Under the pieces are notes generated by a model, which was not told the origin of the DNA, made no database searches, and saw nothing but the letters and a program-made list of their open reading frames with translations. A program made the translations under genes and the position numbers. Below are positions 45,010-53,072 of a stretch of 64,000 nucleotides of DNA, piece after piece (position 1 is the first letter of the stretch; the number at the start of each line of letters is the position of its first letter). The stretch comes from Acidimicrobiales bacterium (GTDB taxonomy: Bacteria > Actinomycetota > Acidimicrobiia > Acidimicrobiales > DATDAH01). The stretch is from contig JAYRVH010000013.1 in NCBI GenBank assembly GCA_041918615.1, positions 190-64,189 of the forward strand, written 5' to 3'.

Positions 45010-46352
45010 GGGTTGGCGATGTCCCAGGTGAGCGGCTGGGCCGACCAGAGACCGACCTTCTCACCGGGAAGAGCCCGGCGCTCGGGCCACGGCCGGTCGA
45101 GGTCGACCGGGCGCCCACGCGAGATCACGTGGCGCAGGTTGGCACGGTCGGCGAGCACGCCGATGTCGGACGCCGGGTCGCCGTCGACCACGATCAGGTC
45201 CGCCGCGGCACCCTCGGCAACGATGCCGACGGTGCCCTCGTCCATGCGAAGCGCCCTGGCGCCGTTGGCGGTGGCGCAGGTGATGGCCTCGATCGGGGTC
45301 AGGCCCATCTCGGCGACGAAGACCTCCATCTCACGGGCGTGCCAGTGCCCGTAGGGCGTGAGCGAGAATCCGCTCTCCGAACCACACAGCAGCGGGACCC
45401 CGGCGTCATGGGCCTTCCGCAGCATCGAGGCGGTCGCCGCGATCTCGCCCCGGAAGAGGTCGACCTGGGTGCTCAGGGCGCCCACCTTGTCGCCGTGGTC
45501 GGCGAGGTTGGCGAGGAAGGTGAAGGTGGGGGCGATGGCGCTGCCGGCCGCGACGACGGCTTCGAGCGCGGCCTCGTCGAGGTAGCTGGCATGCAGGATC
45601 AGGTCGACGCCGGCCTCGGCGGCCAGGCGGGTGGACTCGGCGTTGCGGCAGTGCGCCAGGGTCGGTGTGTCGAGGGCATGAGCGGTGTCGGTGACGGCAC
45701 GCAACTCGTCGAGCGTCCACGCCGTCAACTCGCCGACATGGTTCGGCAGCGAGCCGGTGACGTGGATCTTGATCCAGTCGGCGCCGTACTTGATCTGCTG
45801 TCGTGTGACCCGAACCATCTCATCGCGGTCGCGCACGACCTGCGCATAGGCCGCGGTGCCCTCGTCGGGGATGAGGCGGCCGGCGGTCCCGCCCGCGGCG
45901 GTGAGGAGCGCGTTCATTCCCGCCGTCATCCGGGGGCCTTCGACGATGCCGGCGGCGATGGCGTCACGGAGTGCCGGGCCCACGTTCCACAGGCAGTCGG
46001 CGTCGAGGAAGCCGGTGACCCCGGCGAGGAGCAGCTTCGAGACGTTGAAGGCGGCGACGAGCGCGGCAGTGGACTGCTCTCGATGGAAGAACAGCTCGTC
46101 GTTGCTCGACGGCTCGCCGAAGGTGATGTGGCAGTGCGCGTCGATGAGCCCTGGCATGACCGTCAGCCCGGTGGCGTCGAGTCGCCCGGTGGCGTCGACC
46201 CGACCCGGTTCGGCCGCCAGGCGGGTCGCCTCGACGCCGACCGCCTCGATGCGGTCGCCGCTCACGAGCACGTCGGTTCCCGGCATCGGTTCGTCGCCGC
46301 GACCCGTGATCACAGAGCCACCGGCGATCAACAGGCTGGTCGACGAGGTCAC
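45006..46352 (-). CDS. amidohydrolase-family metallo-hydrolase
   Basis: GTG 46352 (VTSSTSLLIAGGSVITG...), with GLIDAHCHITFGE (HxH) and later His/Asp blocks. Starts 10 nt after the lipoprotein stop. Confidence 0.85.
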   Translation of the reverse strand: MTSSTSLLIAGGSVITGRGDEPMPGTDVLVSGDRIEAVGVEATRLAAEPGRVDATGRLDATGLTVMPGLIDAHCHITFGEPSSNDELFFHREQSTAALVAAFNVSKLLLAGVTGFLDADCLWNVGPALRDAIAAGIVEGPRMTAGMNALLTAAGGTAGRLIPDEGTAAYAQVVRDRDEMVRVTRQQIKYGADWIKIHVTGSLPNHVGELTAWTLDELRAVTDTAHALDTPTLAHCRNAESTRLAAEAGVDLILHASYLDEAALEAVVAAGSAIAPTFTFLANLADHGDKVGALSTQVDLFRGEIAATASMLRKAHDAGVPLLCGSESGFSLTPYGHWHAREMEVFVAEMGLTPIEAITCATANGARALRMDEGTVGIVAEGAAADLIVVDGDPASDIGVLADRANLRHVISRGRPVDLDRPWPERRALPGEKVGLWSAQPLTWDIANP

Positions 46353-46362
46353 GGTCCTCCCA

Positions 46363-47196
46363 CTACCAGTCGACCTCGGGGGTGGGCGGGAAGAGGTCGT
46401 CGCGCTCGGCCATGAGGCGCTCGCAGTCCCAGTCGTCATCGACGGGGATCAAGATGATGGGGCTCTTGGTGAGATCGGGGTGTTGGGTCCACTCGGCCTG
46501 CGTGAGGAACGCGTCGTTCGTCGCGCCGATGATCAACTGCTCCGAGTCGTCGGTGACGACGCCGGTGAGCGACCCGTCGCCCTGCTCGTCCACCTCGTAG
46601 GCGAAGATCTCCCGCCGGGCGATGAACAGGTCGCCCTCGAGGTCCTCGGTCACGGTGACGTGCGCGGTCACCCCCGGGTTGCCGTCGTTGTCGTCATCGG
46701 CGATGCGAGGGTCGTCCGGATCGGTGGGGAGGGGGTCGTTGGCGGGATCCTCCAGGTCGACCCCGATGCCCGTGGGGGTTGCCGGCCGGGAGACGCGCGC
46801 GACGCCGTCCTCGGTGGTGAGGGTCACCGGTGTGGCGATCGGCGTGATCGCCGTGGTGGCGGCATCGGGCATCTCGACGGTGATCGGCTGGTCGCTGCGA
46901 TGGTCGGCATGACAGAAGGACTCCTGGGCCTGGAGCACACCGTCGACCACCGCCAGGTCGGTGAATCCGAAGCTGACGATCAGGGTCTTCATGTCGCTGC
47001 TCTCGTAGGCCACCACGTCGTAGTGCGCGTACCGCCCGGCCAGCCGCTCGGCGACAGGATCGGGCTCGGAGCGCCCCACCGAGGTGCCGGGGGCGGCCTG
47101 CTCGGCCTCGCCGCTGGTGCAGCCGAGCAGCGGTACCAGGACGGCGCCCGACACGACCAGGGACACGATCGCTCTTGTTCGCCTCGTGCATGCCAT
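46363..47196 (-). CDS. lipoprotein of unknown function
   Basis: ATG 47196 preceded by GGAGGA. Signal peptide with lipobox LLGC (MACTRRTRAIVSLVVSGAVLVPLLGCTSG). Acidic DPxxDP-rich middle region. Confidence 0.7.
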   Translation of the reverse strand: MACTRRTRAIVSLVVSGAVLVPLLGCTSGEAEQAAPGTSVGRSEPDPVAERLAGRYAHYDVVAYESSDMKTLIVSFGFTDLAVVDGVLQAQESFCHADHRSDQPITVEMPDAATTAITPIATPVTLTTEDGVARVSRPATPTGIGVDLEDPANDPLPTDPDDPRIADDDNDGNPGVTAHVTVTEDLEGDLFIARREIFAYEVDEQGDGSLTGVVTDDSEQLIIGATNDAFLTQAEWTQHPDLTKSPIILIPVDDDWDCERLMAERDDLFPPTPEVDW

Positions 47197-47247
47197 GGGA
47201 TTCCTCCAGTCGACCGCAGGCAAGTTAACACCGTTCATCATCGTCGG

Positions 47248-47643
47248 TCATTCAGGCGGGATACAGCACCACCCTCGATTGGCCAGCTCGGTGGCCATCA
47301 CCCCGGCATCGAGGCGCACCGCCAGCTCTTCGTCGCGCTTCGTCCGACGGCGCTCAGCGCGGGCGTCGGAGGCTTCGACGGGCTTGCCGGAGGCCGTCGT
47401 GGCGCGTGCAGAACGATCGGCCTGAGCGCCCAGATGTCCCTCGACCGCCCCCTCGGCCTCGAGTCGCTCGATCAGCTCGTCGACCTCGGCCGTGGTGAAC
47501 TTGCCGCCGGCCTGGCGCTGGGTGAGCCCGAACGGGTGGCGGGCCTCGCGGAACGAGTCGAAGCCGCGTTCCTCGAGCAGCGCGGCCAGCTCGGCCACCC
47601 GCCTCGCCGCCGCGGGCGGACCCGATACCTGTCCGAAGGCCAT
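47248..47643 (-). CDS. hypothetical protein (131 aa)
   Basis: ORF with acceptable composition (VAELAALLEERGFDSFREARHPFGLTQRQAGGKFT...). No family recognised. Confidence 0.45.
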   Translation of the reverse strand: MAFGQVSGPPAAARRVAELAALLEERGFDSFREARHPFGLTQRQAGGKFTTAEVDELIERLEAEGAVEGHLGAQADRSARATTASGKPVEASDARAERRRTKRDEELAVRLDAGVMATELANRGWCCIPPE

Positions 47644-47749
47644 CGCGACAACCTACGCAGCCCCGGTGACAATCAGGTCGATGGCCTTCGGCGAGCAACA
47701 GCGGGGGCGAGGACGGTGGTCTCCCCCGCCCCCGCCTTCGGCGAGCCCG

Positions 47750-49012
47750 TCAGAAGTCGCCGGAGGTGTCCGGCGGGGCCTCGGTGGCTGGTGGGACGGT
47801 GTCACCCGGGATCGTGTCACCCGGGATCGTGTCACCAGGGATCGTGTCGCCCGGGATCGTGGTGTCGCCGCCGGGGATGGTGGTGCTGGTACTGCAGGCC
47901 GGGGCGCCCGTCAGGTCGGTGCCGTCGGTCACGCACGCGGTGGTCGTGGTGGTCGACGGGTCATCGGTGACGCCCATGCCGCCGCTCCCGGCTTCGACGG
48001 GTGCGAGGACGCCGGTCACGATGTCCACTGCGTCGAAGGTCTCGACGGGCTGGGCGGCCGGCTCGACCACCTGGAACGGGAAGATGCTTCCGACGAGGTC
48101 GTCGATGACCTGCCAGGGCGGCCTGGTGACGATGGGGTCGACCAGCACCGCACAGAAGATCGGCGGCAGGAATGGTGGGCAGTTGGGCGCGACCACCGGC
48201 GGGGGGGCCGTCGGCGGGACCGCCGTGGTGGAGGTCGTCGAGGTCGATGTCGTCGAGGTCGACGTGGACGTCGAAGAAGTCGAGGTGGACGTGGAGGTGG
48301 ACGTCGAGGTGGACGTCGAGGTGGACGTCGAGGTCGACGTCGAGGTCGACGTCGTCGTCGGCACCTGCACGCCCGGCGGCGGCCGGTAGGAGCTCGGCGG
48401 CAGGAGCGGGTTCCCGCAGGCGCACCGGGCGCGGGGCACGCCCTGGGCGTCGATCAGCACGGCCGTGCCCCGCTGGAGGAGCGCCAGGAAGGGGACGGCC
48501 TGGCCGTCCTGGTAACCGTGGTTGGTCACCAGGGTGTCCTGGGTCAGGAGCAGGGGCGTGAGGCCGTTGATGTAGTCGGGGATCTGGGCCGGGTCGATGC
48601 CCTGCACCTCGGCCCACGCGGCCCCCTTGTCGGTGTCCGAGGTGAGGAAGTCGATCAGCTGCTGCTTGTCGCACTGGGTCTGGTTCTCGGTGCCCCCGTA
48701 CAGGCCGACCGTGTCGCCGGCGACGGCCACGGGCTGGGCAACCGTTGCGGGCGCTGTGGTGGCGGGCTGGCCCCGCTTGTTGCCCGTCGTCGTGGCGGGC
48801 ACGCCGTTCTCCGCGAAGGACTCCACGGCATCACTGGGAAGGGTCGCCACCGAGTCGGTGAAGGGGGACGGCCCGTTGTCGCTGATGGACTGGGCCTCGA
48901 AGAAGGGGATCTCGGCGTTCTCGTCCCCGCCGCTGCTGCAGGCAGCCAGCGTGGCGACCAGCGTGAAGGCGAGGAAGACGATGGCAGATGTGCGGGCGAT
49001 GCTTGTGCGCAT
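47750..49012 (-). CDS. lipoprotein paralogue of the 10421 Cys-motif (DUF6777-like) protein, with (ST)n and TIPGD repeats
   Basis: Lipobox LAAC. LYGGTENQTQCDKQQLIDFL...RARCACGNPL is about two-thirds identical by eye to residues of the 10421 protein. Confidence 0.8.
   Translation of the reverse strand: MRTSIARTSAIVFLAFTLVATLAACSSGGDENAEIPFFEAQSISDNGPSPFTDSVATLPSDAVESFAENGVPATTTGNKRGQPATTAPATVAQPVAVAGDTVGLYGGTENQTQCDKQQLIDFLTSDTDKGAAWAEVQGIDPAQIPDYINGLTPLLLTQDTLVTNHGYQDGQAVPFLALLQRGTAVLIDAQGVPRARCACGNPLLPPSSYRPPPGVQVPTTTSTSTSTSTSTSTSTSTSTSTSTSTSSTSTSTSTTSTSTTSTTAVPPTAPPPVVAPNCPPFLPPIFCAVLVDPIVTRPPWQVIDDLVGSIFPFQVVEPAAQPVETFDAVDIVTGVLAPVEAGSGGMGVTDDPSTTTTTACVTDGTDLTGAPACSTSTTIPGGDTTIPGDTIPGDTIPGDTIPGDTVPPATEAPPDTSGDF
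47799..47880. repeat. 15-bp in-frame tandem repeat (gtgtcacccgggatc x4 plus a degenerate copy) encoding (TIPGD)n
   Basis: Units at 47799, 47814, 47829 and 47844 with single-base variants. Read directly. Confidence 0.85.
48226..48360. repeat. 6/12-bp microsatellite-like repeat (gtcgaggtggac-type) encoding a ~45-residue (Ser-Thr)n tract
   Basis: Read directly. The protein shows TTTSTSTSTSTSTS...STTSTSTTSTT. Confidence 0.85.
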
Positions 49013-49361
49013 GACGACTCCAGGGTTGTGGCCGTCGGGCTGGAGCTTCCCCCGAGCGACCAGTCTCGGTCACTCCCATCGGGCTGTCGCTCGGACTCGC
49101 CTATCCGTGCCCTCGGTTGACATCGCCCGGTTGGACCCTGGCGATTCCGAGACCTGAGTGGTTGAGCAGGTTCTACCAGGTAACGGCCCACGGCGCTTCG
49201 GATAGTGGGAACGCTCCCGGCAGGGCGCCCGTTCCGGCGCAACCGGCGGGACGGTACCCTGAGCGCCGCAAGCCCAACTTAGCGGGGACCTCTCGTTGAC
49301 TGTGGCCGAATTCGGCCAGCACCACTCGGTCGCCTCCTCTGAGCCCTACTCGAGGAGTGAC

Positions 49362-50498
49362 ATGTCCACCGATACCCTTTTCTCGTCATCGAGCGCGCCC
49401 GTCGCACCCGACCGAACGCCAACAGCCGTGGTGTACTGCGAGGCGAACTTCGGCGACCTGGACGGCAAGACCGCCAACGGGCTCGTCCGCCACTCTGAAC
49501 GGTACGAGATCCTCTCGGTCATCGACAGTGAGAAGTCAGGTCTCGACGCGGGCGTCGTCCTCGACGAGAAGCCGAACGGCATCGCCGTGTGCCGCGACCT
49601 CGCTGACGCACTCGCCCACGCCGGCGGCATCCCTGACTACTTCATCTTCGGCGTGGCCCCATCGAGCGGCATGCTGTCGGAACAGGAGCGCGGCGTCGTG
49701 CTCGAGGCCATCGCCCACGGGATGAACGTCGTGAACGGGCTCCACGAGTTCTTGAACGACGACCCCGAGTTCGTAGCGGCCGCCATGGCCGGCAACGTGG
49801 AGATACTCGACGTCCGCAGGCCCCGCCCGAAGAAGGACCTGCGGATGTTCACCGGCCGCATCGCGGTAGTCACCTGCCCACGCATCGCCGTGCTGGGCAC
49901 CGACGGCGCCATCGGCAAGCGCACCACCGCCACCGTTCTCACGAGCGCCCTCAATGCCTGCGGCGTGAAGGCGGTCCTGGTCGGCACCGGCCAGACCGGC
50001 CTGATCCAGGGGGCCCGTCACGGCATCGCCCTCGACGCCATCCCTTCACAGTTCTGTTCGGGCGAGATGGAGGCCGCGGTCATCGAGGCGTTCGAGCACG
50101 AGAGGCCCGACGTGATCATCATCGAAGGCCAGGGCGCCCTGAGCCACCCCGCCTATCTGACCTCGACCTTCATCCTTCGGGGAAGCCGACCGGACGGCGT
50201 CGTGTTGCAGCACGCTCCCGCACGCACCCATCTCGGCGACTTCGGCGCGTTCCCGATGCCGACCCCGGAGGCCGAGATCGACCTCATCGAGACCTTCGCC
50301 GACACGAAGGTCATCGGCCTCACCATCAACCACGAGAACATGACCGACGCCGAGGTCACCACCGCCATCGAGCGCTACGAGTCCGAGCTCGGCATCCCCG
50401 CGACCGATGCGCTGACGCGCCCGACCGAGCGCCTGGTGGAGATGGTGCTGATGGCGTTCCCCGAGCTCCAGGAGCACCTCGCCGCCGCGGCCCGATGA
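49362..50498 (+). CDS. DUF1611-family P-loop protein (DgcN-like)
   Basis: ATG 49362 after GAGGAG. VLGTDGAIGKRTT P-loop-like motif and IIIEGQGALSHP. Family call from memory. Confidence 0.8.
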   Translation: MSTDTLFSSSSAPVAPDRTPTAVVYCEANFGDLDGKTANGLVRHSERYEILSVIDSEKSGLDAGVVLDEKPNGIAVCRDLADALAHAGGIPDYFIFGVAPSSGMLSEQERGVVLEAIAHGMNVVNGLHEFLNDDPEFVAAAMAGNVEILDVRRPRPKKDLRMFTGRIAVVTCPRIAVLGTDGAIGKRTTATVLTSALNACGVKAVLVGTGQTGLIQGARHGIALDAIPSQFCSGEMEAAVIEAFEHERPDVIIIEGQGALSHPAYLTSTFILRGSRPDGVVLQHAPARTHLGDFGAFPMPTPEAEIDLIETFADTKVIGLTINHENMTDAEVTTAIERYESELGIPATDALTRPTERLVEMVLMAFPELQEHLAAAAR

Positions 50499-51583
50499 CC
50501 GCCCCGCGTCTGGAGATCGACCTGGACAAGATCCACCAGAACGCCCGGATGCTGGTCGAGCGACTGGGCGCTCAGGGCATCTCCGTCACCGGTGTCACGA
50601 AGGCGACACTCGGCTCGCCCGAGGTCGCGGGTGCGCTGCTCCGGGCGGGCGTGGCCAGGCTCGGTGACTCCCGAATCGAGAGCATCGAGGCGATGCGTCG
50701 CGCGGGCGTCACGGCGCCCATGGTGCTGATCCGCTCCCCCATGCTCAGCCAGGCGGCCGACGCCGTGAGGCACGCCGACGTCAGCTGCAACACCGAGGTC
50801 GACGTGCTCACGGCACTCTCGTCCGCCGCCCGAGCGCAGAAGCGAAGCCACGGCGTCGTTCTCATGGTCGAGCTCGGCGACCTCCGCGAAGGCATCATGG
50901 CCGGGGACCTCGCGGCCGTTGCGCGGGAGACGCTTGCGCTGCCCAACCTCGTGCTGGTGGGCATCGGGACCAACCTCGCCTGCCAGAGCGGGGTGGCGCC
51001 CGACACCGAGAACATGGCCGAGCTGTCCGCCCTGGTCGACTCGATCGAAGCGGGCCTGGGTGTGACCCTCGACATCGTGTCCGGGGGCAACTCCGCCAAC
51101 CTCGACTGGGCGCTCGGAGGCGGGGACGCCGGACGGGTCAACGACCTCCGCCTGGGTGAGTCGATCCTGCTCGGACGAGAGCCGCTGCACCGGCAACCGA
51201 TCGACGGCCTGCACACCGACGCCTTCACGCTCGTCGCCGAGGTGATCGAATCGAAGACGAAGCCGTCGCGGGCCTGGGGCGAGCTCGCACAGACCGCGTT
51301 CGGTGGGCGGGAACCGGGCCCGGACCGGGGCGACAGGTCGCGGGCCATCCTCGCCATCGGGCACCAGGACGTCGACCCTTCCGGCCTCGGGCCGCCGGCC
51401 GGCCTCATGGTCCTCGGGGCCAGCAGCGACCACGTGATCGTGGACCCGGGCGACCGGCCGCTCCCCGTCGGCGCCGAGGTCCGGTTCCAGATCGGCTACA
51501 GCGCGCTACTCCGGGCCATGACCGCACCGTTCGTCGCCAAGACCTTCATCGGCCAAGGCGCCGGCGCCTTGGCCGACGCGTAG
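50495..51583 (+). CDS. alanine/ornithine-racemase-family PLP-dependent enzyme
   Basis: ATG overlaps the upstream stop (ATGA). VTGVTKATLG (PLP-Lys context), SGGNSANL. 362 aa. Confidence 0.85.
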   Translation: MTAPRLEIDLDKIHQNARMLVERLGAQGISVTGVTKATLGSPEVAGALLRAGVARLGDSRIESIEAMRRAGVTAPMVLIRSPMLSQAADAVRHADVSCNTEVDVLTALSSAARAQKRSHGVVLMVELGDLREGIMAGDLAAVARETLALPNLVLVGIGTNLACQSGVAPDTENMAELSALVDSIEAGLGVTLDIVSGGNSANLDWALGGGDAGRVNDLRLGESILLGREPLHRQPIDGLHTDAFTLVAEVIESKTKPSRAWGELAQTAFGGREPGPDRGDRSRAILAIGHQDVDPSGLGPPAGLMVLGASSDHVIVDPGDRPLPVGAEVRFQIGYSALLRAMTAPFVAKTFIGQGAGALADA

Positions 51584-51806
51584 CGCGAGCACCCGTCACG
51601 AGGTGGTCGGGTGCGAGCGCGCTTCCTGCCCGCCATCTGAGTCGCCTCACCCCCGGACCTGAAGGTACGATCCGGGGCCGGTCGAGGGTCCGACCAGCCC
51701 CCGTTCGACTGGATTCGCCACCGATCGGGTACGCCGCTCGCATCGAACAGGGAGGCCGCCGGATGGACCAACGGGCACGCCCCCTGGTCAGCAATCGGCT
51801 CCGGCC

Positions 51807-52865
51807 ATGAGCGCACGGTCACCCGCTGACACCCGAGCCACAGGCGCGCGGGGCACCCAGCGTCGCGACACGGTCCTCGACCTCGCACGCTTCGTCAGCG
51901 CTCTCGCGGTGCTCTCGTTCCACCACTTCTTCTGGGGTCCGTTGTGGGAGCCCGGCTCGCAGCGCTACGGATGGGCCCCCGCCGTCACGCGCTACGGCTT
52001 CCTCGGCGTCGAGGTCTTCTTCCTCATCAGCGGCTTCGTGATCCTCACGAGCTGGGAACGGCGACCACCGCTCGTCTTCCTCCGGGCGAGGTTCGCCCGG
52101 CTATTCCCGGCGTGGGTCGTGACCGTGGGCCTCCTGGGCGCGGTGCTCCTGGTCCGCGAGGGCGTCAGCCGAGGACTGCTGGCGAGGGTGGCGGCCAACC
52201 TCACCATGTTCCACTGGGTGGCCGGGGTCCCCGACTTGGACGCGGTGTATTGGAGCCTCGCCGTCGAGATCCGCTTCTACCTCTTCATGGTCGTCATCGG
52301 TGTGCTGGTCGCTCGCCGACGACTGATGGCGGTTCTGGCGGTGTGGCTCGGGGTGTCGCTCGTCTCGTTCTGGGTGCGGCTGCCGTCCGGCGTCGTCACC
52401 ATGTTGAACCTGCGTTGGGCACCGCTCTTCGTCGGGGGCATGGCCTTCGCGGACCTACGCGAGCGCGGTTCGAAGCCGTGGCACGCCCCGCTGCTGGCCG
52501 TCGCCTTCCTCGGCTCGTTCGCCGCGTCACGCCACCACGCCGGCGAGGTGAGCAAGACGACCGGCCTGGTGCACATGAACCCATGGGTGGTGCTCGCCGT
52601 GGTGTTCGGCGCGTACGCCCTGTTCGCCCTGGTGACCGTCGGCACCTTCGACCGCGTCCAGGTGCGGGCCTTCACCGTCCTGGGCGCCATGAGCTACCCC
52701 CTGTATCTCGTTCACCAGGAGATCGGATTCATCGGCCAGGCCCGCCTGTTCACGGTCCCGGCGCCCGTCGCCGAGGTCCTCGTCGTCGCCGCGGTTCTCG
52801 CCTTCGCGTGGGTGGTCCAGGCCTGGGTCGAGCCGCCCTTGCGGCGTCGGCTGGCACCGAGCTAG
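51807..52865 (+). CDS. acyltransferase family 3 membrane protein
   Basis: LDLARFVSALAVLSFHH, GVEVFFLISGFVI, about 10 TM segments. Ends at TAG 52863-52865. Confidence 0.8.
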   Translation: MSARSPADTRATGARGTQRRDTVLDLARFVSALAVLSFHHFFWGPLWEPGSQRYGWAPAVTRYGFLGVEVFFLISGFVILTSWERRPPLVFLRARFARLFPAWVVTVGLLGAVLLVREGVSRGLLARVAANLTMFHWVAGVPDLDAVYWSLAVEIRFYLFMVVIGVLVARRRLMAVLAVWLGVSLVSFWVRLPSGVVTMLNLRWAPLFVGGMAFADLRERGSKPWHAPLLAVAFLGSFAASRHHAGEVSKTTGLVHMNPWVVLAVVFGAYALFALVTVGTFDRVQVRAFTVLGAMSYPLYLVHQEIGFIGQARLFTVPAPVAEVLVVAAVLAFAWVVQAWVEPPLRRRLAPS

Positions 52866-53072
52866 GAAGACCCCCTGCCCACCAGCCGCGCGCCCGGTCG
52901 CCAACATCACCTCCGGCTACCGCATCACTGGCCACCGTCGGTCACGCCCACCCGCTTCTTCATCGTTGTCGCCGGCGCGGTCGGCCTGGCCCTCGCCACA
53001 CTGCTCCCTGCCTTCAGCGGCATCGACGAGTCGGGGCACTTCTACCGCACCTACCAGATCACCGACGGCCAG

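Noticed and set aside
43490-45118. N-terminal extensions of track ORFs (e.g. 542-aa version of the ThuA gene, 741-aa version of the Gfo/Idh/MocA gene, 536-aa version of hyhL, 562-aa version of the thiolase)
   Set aside because: The extensions run through the neighbouring gene in another frame and are compositionally junk. Internal starts with GTGA/ATGA overlaps or SD sequences give family-typical N-termini.
47799-48360. Possible CRISPR-like or non-coding repeat array
   Set aside because: The repeats are contiguous with no spacers. They are in frame and sit inside a well-supported lipoprotein CDS, encoding TIPGD and Ser/Thr tracts.
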